Shown here piece after piece: positions 9,080-18,910 of a DNA stretch of 46,972 nucleotides (positions within the stretch are counted from its first letter, which is position 1; each line of letters begins with the position of its first letter). The notes beneath the pieces are model-generated. The model worked only from the letters and a program-made list of their open reading frames with translations. It did not search any database and had not been told where the DNA came from. Source of the stretch: Candidatus Hadarchaeales archaeon (lineage in GTDB: Archaea; Hadarchaeota; Hadarchaeia; Hadarchaeales; Hadarchaeaceae); assembly GCA_038872135.1 (NCBI GenBank), contig JAVZGN010000004.1, forward strand, positions 28,525-75,496, written 5' to 3'. A program made the translations under genes and the position numbers.

Positions 9080-10180
9080 TCAAGGGACTACCAGCGCTTT
9101 TATGCACTCCCCCTTTCCAGCCGTTTCAATAGCCTGCATCGTTTCCTCAAGCTTGAACCTGTGAGTGAACATCTCTTCAAATGGGAATTTGCTTGAAGCA
9201 AGAAGTTTGAGGGACTCGCTGAACTGCCACATAGGATAGACCCAGCTTCCGAGGATATCCATGTCTCTGAAGCAAATTTGGTGAGGTCTTATCTCAACCC
9301 CTCCAGGATCGGCAAAATGTCCAACCTCCACATATTTCCCTCCCCTCCTCGTGAACTCTATCCCTTCCCTAAAGGCGGCTGGAACCCCAGCACACTCGAT
9401 AGTTATATCACTTCCTATCCCATCTGTGAGCTCCATTACCCTCTTTACCCTCTCTTCCTGTGTCTGATACTGCTTCATGTCTATCACTTCGTCAGCCCCC
9501 ATTTTCTGGGCCATCTCTAGCCTTTGCTCAATCTGATCAACACCTATCACCAGTCTAGCTCCCAGGGCCTTGGCCGCGGCCACTGCCAGTAACCCTATCG
9601 CCCCGAGACCCTGAACAACAACAGTTGCTTTTGAGGCTTTTCCCAAAACTCCTGTCGCTCTGCTCAGCGCTCTTGTGGAAACAGCTGCCGGCTCCGCGAG
9701 TGCCCCTATCTCCACAGGCATCTCCTTTGGAAGTTTGTATACCCAGGCTCCAGGCTCAATATAAATGTACTCGGCGAAGCCCCCATAGAAATAGGGAGGT
9801 GCGGTTGAAGGCCTGTTTCCCCCATAGATAAGCCTGTTTTGACAAAGGTTTGGCGACTCCGGGAAGTTTTTGCAATAGTAGCATTTGCCACACGGGACTC
9901 CAGGCACAACCGTCACCTTGTCTCCTACATTTAATTCTCCGCCACTTATGTGGAGCTTTGAACTCGCTTTCTCACCGATCTCCTCAACAACTCCTGAAAA
10001 CTCATGACCTAGGATGAGCGGAAATGGAACTTTTCTGTGGCCCCTCAAAATGTGAACATCAGTCCCGCAAACTCCACAAGCCTTTACCCTGATTAACAGG
10101 CTTCCCTCAGCAGCCTTTGGAACCTCAAAATCTCTTATTTCAATCGCTCCAACTCCGGTAGCGACAGCCGCCTTCGCCAC
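9080..10180 (-). CDS. Zinc-dependent medium-chain alcohol/polyol dehydrogenase
   Basis: CGTD, LGHEFSG, structural Zn motif CGKCYYC...C, GLGAIG. GTG start 4 nt after GGTGA. Confidence 0.9.
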   Translation of the reverse strand: MAKAAVATGVGAIEIRDFEVPKAAEGSLLIRVKACGVCGTDVHILRGHRKVPFPLILGHEFSGVVEEIGEKASSKLHISGGELNVGDKVTVVPGVPCGKCYYCKNFPESPNLCQNRLIYGGNRPSTAPPYFYGGFAEYIYIEPGAWVYKLPKEMPVEIGALAEPAAVSTRALSRATGVLGKASKATVVVQGLGAIGLLAVAAAKALGARLVIGVDQIEQRLEMAQKMGADEVIDMKQYQTQEERVKRVMELTDGIGSDITIECAGVPAAFREGIEFTRRGGKYVEVGHFADPGGVEIRPHQICFRDMDILGSWVYPMWQFSESLKLLASSKFPFEEMFTHRFKLEETMQAIETAGKGECIKALVVP

Positions 10181-10190
10181 ACCATCACCT

Positions 10191-10574
10191 TCAGAAAACA
10201 TATGCTAAGAGCCTTCCGCCGATTCCCTTCTCTCTCGCCTCTCTGTGGGTCATCACTCCTTTGGAAGTTGTTATTATAAGGATTCCAAAGCCCGCGGCCG
10301 GAAGAAATCTCTTCTCCCACTTTTCAAATTCTCCTTTCTTGGCTGAAAAACGTGGCTTCACCACTCCGCATGAGTTTATCTTCCCCCACATCTTCACATT
10401 TATCGCCTTTCCACCTTCTACCTTCTCAAAGCTCTTTATGTATCCCTCCCGCTGCATTATCAAAAGGACATCTTCGATCAGCTTTGAAACCGGAGAGATC
10501 CTCACCTCTTTCTTCTTCGCAATTTCTGCATTCTGAATTTTCGAAAGAGCGTTTGCTAAAGGATCGAGGAGCAT
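10191..10574 (-). CDS. rps8: 30S ribosomal protein uS8
   Basis: [36 protein letters not shown]. Confidence 0.97.
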   Translation of the reverse strand: MLLDPLANALSKIQNAEIAKKKEVRISPVSKLIEDVLLIMQREGYIKSFEKVEGGKAINVKMWGKINSCGVVKPRFSAKKGEFEKWEKRFLPAAGFGILIITTSKGVMTHREAREKGIGGRLLAYVF

Positions 10575-10583
10575 TCTTTTCCC

Positions 10584-10733
10584 TCAGTTATATTTCTTAA
10601 ACCCCATCTTTGGGGCAAGCTCCCTGAAGCACTTCCGGCACAGCCCAAGATTATACCTCTGATAGATGTGCCCATATCTCCCGCAGTGCCTGCACCTGTG
10701 AGCTCCCTTCCCGAATTTCACCTTTCCCTTCAT
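10584..10733 (-). CDS. rps14: 30S ribosomal protein uS14 (Zn-binding); missed by the ORF track
   Basis: Manual translation [49 protein letters not shown] (49 aa, CxxC...CxxC), at the canonical position between uL5 and uS8. Confidence 0.96.
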   Translation of the reverse strand: MKGKVKFGKGAHRCRHCGRYGHIYQRYNLGLCRKCFRELAPKMGFKKYN

Positions 10734-11236
10734 ACTATCACAACATTGAATTTTTTCGTCATAAAATCAATCGCTTCTTCTTTGGTGACCTGGTGGTGCC
10801 GGCCAATCTTCCGTGGATTTTTCTTTCTCACTTTCACTCTGTACCCGGGCCGGGAAATGCTCACACAGACATCCATCCCAAAAATCCCGATTTCTGGATC
10901 ATATGCTATCCCAGGGATATCTATGTGTTCCTTTATTCCAAAAGAAAAATTTCCGGCTTCATCAAAGGAGCTTTCACTTATCTTTCTTTCCACAGCGTTC
11001 AGAAGCTTGTCGAGAACTTCCTCCGCTTTCTTTTTCCTCAGGGTGACTTTGCATCCAATGGGCATTCCTTTTTTCACCCCCCACTCTCTGATGCTTTTCT
11101 TAGCATAAGTCCTGACAGGGTCCTGCCCGGAAATCATCTTCAAAACTTTCTCCGCCTTTACAAGCTTATCGCCACCTTCGCCAACCCCTATGTTGATTAC
11201 AACCTTTTCCAGCCGCAACTCTCTCATGGGATTCAT
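10730..11236 (-). CDS. rpl5: 50S ribosomal protein uL5
   Basis: [35 protein letters not shown]. Confidence 0.97.
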   Translation of the reverse strand: MNPMRELRLEKVVINIGVGEGGDKLVKAEKVLKMISGQDPVRTYAKKSIREWGVKKGMPIGCKVTLRKKKAEEVLDKLLNAVERKISESSFDEAGNFSFGIKEHIDIPGIAYDPEIGIFGMDVCVSISRPGYRVKVRKKNPRKIGRHHQVTKEEAIDFMTKKFNVVIV

Positions 11237-11964
11237 TCTGCTCCCACCTGGACATCAACAGCAGGCTTTTCATTTCCAACAACAAAAACATAATCAACTG
11301 GAGCCTCAAAAGACTCTCCAGCCCACTCGAGCACCGCGAGGTTGTGTTGCGAACCCTTCACGAGCTTTATTTCTTTCACCGCCCCTATTTTCCCGATGTT
11401 TTTTCCTCCGGTCACGATTGCAATCACCCCGGTCTTCATCTCAAACCGCTCGATGGGTCTTGACTCCGGGAGAGATATCTTCAAAGTGTCGCCAGGTCTC
11501 ACATCTTTGTAGTCTCCAACCAGATTTCTTCCATCGTGAAGGGTTAGCTGAATTTTTTTATCGCCCACAACATTCTTCCTTTTAACCCTGCAGAGCTTCA
11601 CCCCCGTCTCCTCCCCCCCAACCTCTTTGAAGACAAGCCTGCCCCTTCTGTCAAGCAGACATCTAAAAGATTTGTTCGCAAGCGGGAGAGACACCAGGTC
11701 CATGAAGCCCACTGGAAACTTTGGGTCTCTCCTCACTTTTCCGTCCACCTTCACAAGCCCGCGGGAAAGTACTCTCCCAATCTCCCTAGAATTTCCCGCC
11801 ACCCCGAGATAATCCCTCAAGACGACGCCAAGGGGAATAGACATCTCGGCGGGGTGTGGCCCAGCGGATGTTTTTATCACCCAAGGATGCTTTTTCTTAG
11901 GAATCTTCATTGCCTTAGGTATCGCATATCTCTTCAGCTGCTGTTTGCCTCCTTTCCTAGCCAA
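11233..11964 (-). CDS. rps4e: 30S ribosomal protein eS4
   Basis: GPHP, VKVDGKVRRDPKFPVGFMD, HDGRN, TGGKNIGKIG. Confidence 0.96.
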   Translation of the reverse strand: MARKGGKQQLKRYAIPKAMKIPKKKHPWVIKTSAGPHPAEMSIPLGVVLRDYLGVAGNSREIGRVLSRGLVKVDGKVRRDPKFPVGFMDLVSLPLANKSFRCLLDRRGRLVFKEVGGEETGVKLCRVKRKNVVGDKKIQLTLHDGRNLVGDYKDVRPGDTLKISLPESRPIERFEMKTGVIAIVTGGKNIGKIGAVKEIKLVKGSQHNLAVLEWAGESFEAPVDYVFVVGNEKPAVDVQVGAE

Positions 11965-12301
11965 CCTTCAACCCCCTCTCCTTATCTTCAACAAGGCTCA
12001 AAAGCACAACTTTTGAGGGATGGATGGGTCTAAGGACCTGAGTTCCGTCTGCCTTCGCTGTAGAGGCCGCCTCAACGTAAATCCTGGATTTTTTCAGATC
12101 CACTCGCACAACCTCCCCCTCGAGTCCAGCGAAGTCGCCCCGCAGGATCTTCACCCTATCTCCCTTTCTCACTGGAATAGATTTCCTTCCATGTTTTTTC
12201 TGCAGCTCATCGCTCAGGGGGGCGCTCAGAAGCTTTCTCCTTATGTGGAAGGGGGCAGAGTAAATAGCAAGCCGCTGTTTTCTTGGTTGTTTGCTCGACA
12301 T
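11957..12301 (-). CDS. rpl24: 50S ribosomal protein uL24
   Basis: MSSKQPRKQR, KOW motif VRKGDRVKILRGDF, IHPSKV. Confidence 0.96.
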   Translation of the reverse strand: MSSKQPRKQRLAIYSAPFHIRRKLLSAPLSDELQKKHGRKSIPVRKGDRVKILRGDFAGLEGEVVRVDLKKSRIYVEAASTAKADGTQVLRPIHPSKVVLLSLVEDKERGLKVG

Positions 12302-12306
12302 CTCTA

Positions 12307-12732
12307 TCACACAATCATCGAGGCTATCCCGGCCACCTTCAGCCATTTCTCAGCCGCTTCTTTAGCCATCGGGCCCTTCACCTCAGAACCCTTTGGCGAT
12401 ATCTCTGGGGTGATGAGCACGGCGGCATTATCCTCAAATTTCACCCGCATCCCATCCTTTCTCCTGTACTCCTTCCTCTGCCTGATGATCACCGCCTGCA
12501 CAAGCTGCTTCCTCATCTCTGGAGTCCCCTTCTTCACGGATACAACAACCCTGTCGCCAACTCCAGCCATCGGCATCCTCCTCCTAGTCCCATGATAGCC
12601 AATAACGCTGATTATCTGAAGCTCCTTCGCCCCAGTGTTGTCGGCGCACACGAGCCTGGATCCGACCCTGAGGGCCTTCGCAGGAATTGCAGATGGTACA
12701 CCCATTACCTGCGCTGCACCCTTCTTTCCCAT
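12307..12732 (-). CDS. rpl14: 50S ribosomal protein uL14
   Basis: [25 protein letters not shown]. Confidence 0.97.
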   Translation of the reverse strand: MGKKGAAQVMGVPSAIPAKALRVGSRLVCADNTGAKELQIISVIGYHGTRRRMPMAGVGDRVVVSVKKGTPEMRKQLVQAVIIRQRKEYRRKDGMRVKFEDNAAVLITPEISPKGSEVKGPMAKEAAEKWLKVAGIASMIV

Positions 12733-12736
12733 CTTC

Positions 12737-13030
12737 TCACCTCACTCTCCCGACTACAACAAAGGATTTTGTCCTGCTCAGCTTCCTGCACTCCATTATC
12801 CTAACTTTTTCCCCAGTTTTGACGTTAAGGCAGGGAGGATTGTGGGCGTGGATTTTCGATGTCCTCCTCTCATACCTCTCATACTTTGGCAGGTAATGGA
12901 GCCGCTCAATCTGAACTGTTACAGTTTTTGCCATTTTGTCGCTGACCACCACTCCTTCCATGACTCTCCCCCTAGTTGAGAGGCTCCCGTGAAACGGGCA
13001 TTTTGGGTCGTTACACTTTACTTCCTGCAT
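12737..13030 (-). CDS. rps17: 30S ribosomal protein uS17
   Basis: [33 protein letters not shown]. Confidence 0.97.
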   Translation of the reverse strand: MQEVKCNDPKCPFHGSLSTRGRVMEGVVVSDKMAKTVTVQIERLHYLPKYERYERRTSKIHAHNPPCLNVKTGEKVRIMECRKLSRTKSFVVVGRVR

Positions 13031-13307
13031 GTTTCTTCCACCTCTTTCCTATTCTCTCCTCTGGTCTTCCAATAAGCATTTTTCCATCCACTTTTACCTC
13101 TTTCCCATCAGGAATGATAAATATGAATGTTGATATAGCCTTTGGGATTTTTTTCAATTTTCCTCCATCTTCAATGACAAGCATCTTCATCGACTCATCC
13201 ATAACAACACCTTTGACTCCTCTGAGCGATGGATCAGAACTTTCGGCAACCATTACACGGAGACCTACCAGCTCATGCTGCAGGAGATTTTTCTCAATGA
13301 TTGGCAT
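13011..13307 (-). CDS. rnp1: Ribonuclease P protein component 1 (Rpp29/Pop4)
   Basis: [31 protein letters not shown]; conserved position between aIF1 and uS17. Confidence 0.93.
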   Translation of the reverse strand: MPIIEKNLLQHELVGLRVMVAESSDPSLRGVKGVVMDESMKMLVIEDGGKLKKIPKAISTFIFIIPDGKEVKVDGKMLIGRPEERIGKRWKKHAGSKV

Positions 13308-13314
13308 CCTTCAC

Positions 13315-13623
13315 CTATTTTAAATCGATCATCTCTGGAGAAAATCCCATTCCTATCAAGACTTCTTTAACGCGGCTCCTGTGGTCCCCCTGAAGTTCTA
13401 TGTGCCCCTCCTTGATCGTTCCCCCGCATGCCAGCTTTGTCTTCAGCTCCTTCATCAGCTCCTTCATGGAAACTTGCTTCTCATCCAGCCCTTCGATCAC
13501 TGTCACAACTTTCCCAAACTTTCTGCTGGCGGAATAGACGCTTATCCTTTGCTGGCCAATCGCTATTTCCTGGCAGACGCAGATCTCTTTGGGGAGACCA
13601 CACACCTTGCAGATCTCTTGCAG
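13315..13623 (-). CDS. sui1: Translation initiation factor aIF1 (SUI1/YciH); probable CTG start at 13623
   Basis: GKVVTVIEG, LKTKLACGGT, IELQGDHR. The in-frame upstream CTG CAA GAG ATC TGC AAG GTG TGT restores the N-terminal xEICxxCGLPKE Zn-knuckle. Confidence 0.92.
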   Translation of the reverse strand: MQEICKVCGLPKEICVCQEIAIGQQRISVYSASRKFGKVVTVIEGLDEKQVSMKELMKELKTKLACGGTIKEGHIELQGDHRSRVKEVLIGMGFSPEMIDLK

Positions 13624-13625
13624 TC

Positions 13626-13829
13626 TTAGCCCACCCCCTTCTCTTTTGCTATCGTGATTATTCTGGCGATGGTCCTTTTTATCTCTCTGATTCTCCCGGG
13701 ATTTTCAACGGTTCCTCCGGCAGCAATTGTTGCTTTCAGACGCGAAAGTTCCGCTCTTAGCTCGCGAAGCTTTTCCAGCATTTCTTCTCGCGACATCGCC
13801 CTGATATCACTCGCCCTGAGTATCGCCAT
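13626..13829 (-). CDS. rpl29: 50S ribosomal protein uL29
   Basis: MAILRASDIRAMS, ENPGRIREIKRTIARI. Confidence 0.96.
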   Translation of the reverse strand: MAILRASDIRAMSREEMLEKLRELRAELSRLKATIAAGGTVENPGRIREIKRTIARIITIAKEKGVG

Positions 13830-14436
13830 GCTTTTCCTCCTTCGGTTTTTCGACTTTTATTTCATCCGGTGTGGGGATGTCTGGCAGCATTATCCTCACC
13901 TTCACTCCAACTGTTCCCGGCTTTAGGTTAGCCGCCGCATATCCAGAGCTGATCAGATAGGTAGCTGCCTCTCCACTCTTGCTCAGATATCCAGTGTAAA
14001 ATCTTAGGCTCTTTTTCCGCTCCCCAGCTATTTTTCCACCGATGATTATCTCAACTCCCCTTGCTCCGGCGTCCATTATTCTTTTCATCATCTGGTATCC
14101 AATCCTTCTCACCTTTATCCCACGCTCAAGCGCGAAGGCTATTCTCTTCGCCATGATGGGCCCACAAAGCTCTGGTTTTTGAATTTCCACCACTTCTATC
14201 TGGGGCTTCTCCAGCCCAAACTTCTTTTCCAGGTCCTCTGTCAGCTGATTTATGCTTCTCCCCTTCTTCCCTATCACCATCCCGGGCCTCTCCACATAAA
14301 TTGTGATGTGGGTGCCTATCGGGAGGCGCTTTATCTCCATCCCTCCAAAACCTGCCCTTCCAAGTTCATTCTCCAGAAATGTCTCCAGCTCCACCTTTTT
14401 CAGCCCAAGCTTTATGAATTTGTCTTCAATCGGCAT
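13807..14436 (-). CDS. rps3: 30S ribosomal protein uS3
   Basis: KH motif RPGMVIGKKG, GARGVEIIIGGKI, GTVGVKVRI. Confidence 0.97.
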   Translation of the reverse strand: MPIEDKFIKLGLKKVELETFLENELGRAGFGGMEIKRLPIGTHITIYVERPGMVIGKKGRSINQLTEDLEKKFGLEKPQIEVVEIQKPELCGPIMAKRIAFALERGIKVRRIGYQMMKRIMDAGARGVEIIIGGKIAGERKKSLRFYTGYLSKSGEAATYLISSGYAAANLKPGTVGVKVRIMLPDIPTPDEIKVEKPKEEKHGDTQGE

Positions 14437-14437
14437 C

Positions 14438-14884
14438 TTACACCTCCTTCAAGATTATCTCTATGTTTGTTAGCGGCTTGTTAAACGCTGTGGCTCTCCC
14501 AAAAGCTCTTGGAATAACTCCGCGGATGATCATGCCCCTGTATGCGCTTGCGTGAACCACTCTAAGCTTCTCTACGTCCAGCCCCTTGTATTTTGCGTTC
14601 TCTTCAGCATTTTTCAAAACCTTCAAAATCTCTTTCGCCGCTTTCACTGGATATGCTCCCGTCCCGACAACTTTCTTGTGGGCAAGCTTTTTCCTGTGAA
14701 TTCTGTAGGGGACGGCAACTTTTTTTCTTTGGACATCCATCAGAAATTCTTTGGCTTTTTCCAGCTTCATTCCTTTGATTGCCCGGCAGATCTCGACAGC
14801 ATCTTTTGGTGAAACTCTCGCTTCCTTTCCATAGGCCCTTGCGCACGGGTCCTCGATTTTTGCTGAATAACCAAATTTCGGCAT
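14438..14884 (-). CDS. rpl22: 50S ribosomal protein uL22
   Basis: VSPKDAVEICRAIKG, YPVKAA, PRAFGRAT. Confidence 0.96.
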   Translation of the reverse strand: MPKFGYSAKIEDPCARAYGKEARVSPKDAVEICRAIKGMKLEKAKEFLMDVQRKKVAVPYRIHRKKLAHKKVVGTGAYPVKAAKEILKVLKNAEENAKYKGLDVEKLRVVHASAYRGMIIRGVIPRAFGRATAFNKPLTNIEIILKEV

Positions 14885-14889
14885 GTCTT

Positions 14890-15297
14890 TCACTTCAGCG
14901 GAACATATAGAGAGCTTCTAGTAGCCCCTATTCCTGGCGCTCCATGAATAACTCTTTTCCTGGTCTGTGAAAATTCCCCCAGCCTGTGTCCGATCATCTC
15001 CGGCACTATTTCTACAACCACAAACTCCTTTCCGTTGTGAACACCAAACTTCATTCCGACCATCTCCGGAAGGATGATCATGTCTCTCAGATGGGTTCTT
15101 ATCGGCTTCTCTCTCCCCTCTTCTTTTGCTTTTCTTATCTTCTCGAGCAATTTTTTATGTCTCGGTGAAGTGTTTTTGATGAACATCCTCGTGAGGCTTC
15201 TTCTCTGTTTTGATGGAAGAAGCTTTGCGAATTCTTCAATAGATAGCTTCTGTAGCTCTTCAATGGTGTATCCACGGTAGGTAAATTTTTTCGGCAT
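14890..15297 (-). CDS. rps19: 30S ribosomal protein uS19
   Basis: [34 protein letters not shown]. Confidence 0.97.
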   Translation of the reverse strand: MPKKFTYRGYTIEELQKLSIEEFAKLLPSKQRRSLTRMFIKNTSPRHKKLLEKIRKAKEEGREKPIRTHLRDMIILPEMVGMKFGVHNGKEFVVVEIVPEMIGHRLGEFSQTRKRVIHGAPGIGATRSSLYVPLK

Positions 15298-15300
15298 TTT

Positions 15301-16005
15301 TCACCTCTTCCCAGTTCTCCTCGCTGCGATCAGCCCCACCTTCTGTCCAGGGGGCGCCCCTCTGGCAACAGTCTTTGGCCTCCCCGCATGTTTTCTTCTG
15401 CCGCCGCCAAATGGGTGGTCAACGATGTTCATGGCAACACCTCTCACCCTTGGATACCATTTTCCCTTCCCTAGCATTGCATGATATCTTTTGCCGGCCT
15501 TCAAAAATGGCTTTTCATGACGGCCACCTCCCGCCACGACTCCGATGGTTGCCCTGCATCTCGGGTCAAATTCCTTCATCTCTCCCGAGGGCAACTGGAC
15601 GATGGCCCTCCCGATGTCATGGGAAATCAAGATGGCAGCCGTCCCCGCCGCCCTCACAAACTTTCCGCCGTCCCCAGGTTTGCTCTCAATGTTGTGGATG
15701 AGCGTTCCCTCTGGGATTTCAGCGAGAGAAAGGGTGTTGCCCGGCTTCACAGGGGCAGAGGGCGCCGCCATCACTCTCTCGCCCACCTTTATCCCCTCTG
15801 GAGCCAGAATCAACCTCTCCTCTCCGTCTCCGTATCTGATCTTTGCAACCGGCGCGCTTCTGCAGGGGTCGTGGATGATGTCAACGACAATAGCTTCCCC
15901 TTCTCTCAGCTGCGGGAGCTTTATCTCGCCAGAACTTCTCCACGACTTAGCCCTGTAGGTTGGGGAACCACGCCCCAGCCTCTGAAGTCTCAACTTCTTT
16001 CCCAC
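15301..16005 (-). CDS. rpl2: 50S ribosomal protein uL2
   Basis: HDPCRSAP, VRGVAMNIVDHPFGGG, PPGQKVG. Confidence 0.97.
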   Translation of the reverse strand: MGKKLRLQRLGRGSPTYRAKSWRSSGEIKLPQLREGEAIVVDIIHDPCRSAPVAKIRYGDGEERLILAPEGIKVGERVMAAPSAPVKPGNTLSLAEIPEGTLIHNIESKPGDGGKFVRAAGTAAILISHDIGRAIVQLPSGEMKEFDPRCRATIGVVAGGGRHEKPFLKAGKRYHAMLGKGKWYPRVRGVAMNIVDHPFGGGRRKHAGRPKTVARGAPPGQKVGLIAARRTGKR

Positions 16006-16268
16006 TACACCATCCCCAGCTTTGTGGCCAGCTCCCCCGCGTTGAACCCGGGAGCCAGCCGCACATATGCCTTTTTCTCCCCCTTTTGGGTCCTGAGGAC
16101 ATTCACCTTCGCCACCTTGACCTGAAACAGCGCTTCGACGGCCCTCTTGATGTCCATCTTCGTGGCATCATCGGCGACGCAAAAAACCAGCTTGTTTTCT
16201 CTCTCGATCAGCTCCACGGCCTTCTCAGTTCCCCGCGGGTAGAGGATCACCTTTTGTGGATCTTTCAT
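16005..16268 (-). CDS. rpl23: 50S ribosomal protein uL23
   Basis: TEKA, ENKLVF, KVNVL, KKAYVRL. Confidence 0.96.
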   Translation of the reverse strand: MKDPQKVILYPRGTEKAVELIERENKLVFCVADDATKMDIKRAVEALFQVKVAKVNVLRTQKGEKKAYVRLAPGFNAGELATKLGMV

Positions 16269-17044
16269 GAGAACATTCCCTCCGAAAGTTTTTCTATCGC
16301 GCCCTTTGACCAGATGGTGAGCCTTCCCGCCACCCCTCCGGGTGCAAGCTTCTCAGCGTTCAAGAGGTGGACGGGACAGACGTCAACACCCGGAAGACCA
16401 CCCGCGCTTTTTCTAAGGTTTCTGGCATCGCGCGCCACCAGCAGGGGCCCAACCTTCTTTCTGTACTTTCTTCCCCTCATTTTCCCTCTTCCTGCTCTTA
16501 CCTTCTTCTCGGCAGCTCTCTCTACATCTTTCCAAACCCCGAGCTTCTTGAGCACTTCCCTCAGCTCCGAGGTCTTTGTTATCTTTTCTATTTCATCTGA
16601 AACAACAATTGGAAAGTCCATTTCACCATCCCACACATGCCCTCGCATCTTAACAAGCTTCTTGTCTTTTGTGGCAGCTATCGCAGATCTTATTGCAAGC
16701 CGCCGCTCCTTTCTGTTTATCTCCTCAACAAGCTTTTTTTCGACCCGCGGCGGGTGGGCCCTTCTCCCACCAACAGTGAAAGGGGCAAATGCACCCCTCC
16801 CCGCGGCTGGATGTCTGGTCCCCTTCACCCTCCTTACCCTTGCAACACCAAAACCCTTCCCCCAAGTTTCTGCAGATGTCCTTTTTCCCGCCATCTCATC
16901 AGGCCCCCATGGCTGAATCCTCGCGCTCTGGGCGGCGAGGACGGCTCTTTTGATGACATCTGGCCTGAATTCAGTTTCAAAAATCTTTGGGAGTTCTATC
17001 TCAGAAATCGGCTGCTTTTCCAGCGAGAGAACTTTTGCCTTCAT
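16265..17044 (-). CDS. rpl4: 50S ribosomal protein uL4
   Basis: [36 protein letters not shown]. Confidence 0.97.
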   Translation of the reverse strand: MKAKVLSLEKQPISEIELPKIFETEFRPDVIKRAVLAAQSARIQPWGPDEMAGKRTSAETWGKGFGVARVRRVKGTRHPAAGRGAFAPFTVGGRRAHPPRVEKKLVEEINRKERRLAIRSAIAATKDKKLVKMRGHVWDGEMDFPIVVSDEIEKITKTSELREVLKKLGVWKDVERAAEKKVRAGRGKMRGRKYRKKVGPLLVARDARNLRKSAGGLPGVDVCPVHLLNAEKLAPGGVAGRLTIWSKGAIEKLSEGMFS

Positions 17045-17045
17045 C

Positions 17046-18053
17046 TCATGCCCCCTGTGGAGATCTCAGGCTGATGTAGGTTATTGTGGGCGGTTTTGCC
17101 TCTGCGAGGTTTGGTCTCACTGGCTGCCTAAGATGAACCAGCCTTTTTGTCGGGCCGGGAATTGAGCCGGCCAGAAGGATGTAGTCGCCCCTCACCGGCC
17201 CATATCTCAAAAAGCCTCCTTTTGGAGTGATTTCTTTTCCATCGCTCCCAATCTTGAGAATCCTCTTGTTGAATTCACACCTCTGGTGATATCCCATCTG
17301 TCCGGCAGATGGCACAGTCCACATTATCCTCGGAGGAACCCACGGACCCAGGCTCCCCACCTGCCTCCTTCCCCCTTCCTCCTTCCTTGGCAGAATCTTC
17401 ACACCCCATCTTTTCACGGGCCCCTGAAATCCCTTCCCCTTTGTTATCGCCAAGACATCGACGACCTGCCCCTCCGCAAAAACTTCCGAGGCTTTTGTTT
17501 CCTTTCCGAGAATTCCCTTCGCGTAATTCCACCGCTCTTCCAGAGAACTTCCTCCAACCCTTATCTCCACGATTTCTGGGGTTTTCTTCGGCACATTTGA
17601 TTTCGCGGGCTGGGTGCAAGCGAGAACTCTGATTTCGTCTACCATTTTCTTCTCAATTAACGCTTGGGCTTTTTCCATCGCCTTAGCCGCCTCATACTTT
17701 TTTGGAACCGAGATTCTTCTGGAGAGTTCCTTTGGAAGGTCGCTAGCCCAAACATCATAGAGGCATCGCAACCCTCGTGGAGTTTTCCTGTAAAGCCGCA
17801 CCGCACAGATTTTCATCGGTGGGGTCTCCACCACCGTTGCTGGAACGCATATCTCCTGTCCTGAGGTCACACTGGATTTTTTGTCGTCAATCATGAACAC
17901 ATGAAGCATTCCGGCCTTATATCCCACCACCCCCTGCAAGCTGGGCCTAGTGCTCTCTGGCCATGCCCGCACATGGGCGAATGGACGCTTGGCCCTCACC
18001 CGCGGAGAGTAGGCGAGGGAGCCTCTTCTCGGTCTGTGGGCTTTTCTTCCCAT
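17046..18053 (-). CDS. rpl3: 50S ribosomal protein uL3
   Basis: PRRGSL, GYKAGM, TKGKGFQGPVKRWG, GQMGYHQR. Confidence 0.97.
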   Translation of the reverse strand: MGRKAHRPRRGSLAYSPRVRAKRPFAHVRAWPESTRPSLQGVVGYKAGMLHVFMIDDKKSSVTSGQEICVPATVVETPPMKICAVRLYRKTPRGLRCLYDVWASDLPKELSRRISVPKKYEAAKAMEKAQALIEKKMVDEIRVLACTQPAKSNVPKKTPEIVEIRVGGSSLEERWNYAKGILGKETKASEVFAEGQVVDVLAITKGKGFQGPVKRWGVKILPRKEEGGRRQVGSLGPWVPPRIMWTVPSAGQMGYHQRCEFNKRILKIGSDGKEITPKGGFLRYGPVRGDYILLAGSIPGPTKRLVHLRQPVRPNLAEAKPPTITYISLRSPQGA

Positions 18054-18054
18054 T

Positions 18055-18903
18055 CTATCCCCTCAGATGATCGTTCAGCAGGGCCAGCGTGGCGAGAAGC
18101 GCTTCCTCCGTTCTCACCGTGCTTGTCCCCTGTCCAGGGATTGTGTTCACCATCTGGTCAAATGCTTTCTCAGGATTTATACCCTGCCTTTTGCATATCT
18201 CGTGGAGCCCGGCGTATGGGCCCCCGAACGCCACGGCGAGGCTTTTGGCCCCGCATTTCCTTATCATCTCTATTGCAGGTTTTAAATCGTTGCCAAGTCT
18301 AGATGCCCCCAGGGTAAAATCTGGTTTGAGGAGCTTTAATCCAGTCCTGAGATTTTTTGCCCGAATCACCTCATATCCCCAGTACTCAGGTATCTTGTCC
18401 TTTTGGACCAGTTCAACCAAAAAATGCTTTTTGGTTTCCCCAACTATTCTTACCGGAAATCTTTTTTTGAGGGGAAGCTTGGCGTGAAGGATCGCGGTTT
18501 TTTTCAGCCCTATCTCCAAGAAGCTGCAGTCTCCAGAAACTTCCACAACAGCCCCCTCCCTCACGTCTCCTTTGGATTTTCTCTCATTTGAAGAGGGATG
18601 GTGGGGAGTTCTCAGAGGGGGGAGGATGCCGGCAAATGTCAGCTCAGCCATGTGTGGAAATAGAATTCTTCTGAGGTACTGAGGGGTCTCCATGTAGTTC
18701 AGGAGGGCTGAGATCAAGAGCCCCTCCTTCTCTTGGTTTTTGACATGAGGGTCGAAATCATCATAGATGCACACTTTTTCCACGCAGAAGATTGCCAGGG
18801 CTCTGCCCACTGTCCCAATCTTCGCTGTCTTGTGCTGGAGATCCTCTGCATCACTTACGAGAGATGTTGGGAGTAGGACTGAGATGGAAGGTCTGTTTCT
18901 CAT
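18055..18903 (-). CDS. SPOUT-family RNA methyltransferase (DUF171 / SPOUT1-like)
   Basis: YMETPQYLR, GILPPLRTPHH, YWGY, NTIPGQGTSTVRTEEA; usual position upstream of rpl3 in archaea. Confidence 0.88.
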   Translation of the reverse strand: MRNRPSISVLLPTSLVSDAEDLQHKTAKIGTVGRALAIFCVEKVCIYDDFDPHVKNQEKEGLLISALLNYMETPQYLRRILFPHMAELTFAGILPPLRTPHHPSSNERKSKGDVREGAVVEVSGDCSFLEIGLKKTAILHAKLPLKKRFPVRIVGETKKHFLVELVQKDKIPEYWGYEVIRAKNLRTGLKLLKPDFTLGASRLGNDLKPAIEMIRKCGAKSLAVAFGGPYAGLHEICKRQGINPEKAFDQMVNTIPGQGTSTVRTEEALLATLALLNDHLRG

Positions 18904-18910
18904 ACTGTAT

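Noticed and set aside
15960-16916. 318-aa plus-strand ORF
   Set aside because: Antisense to rpl23/rpl4; its Ser/Phe/Pro-rich composition is typical of a reverse-frame shadow.
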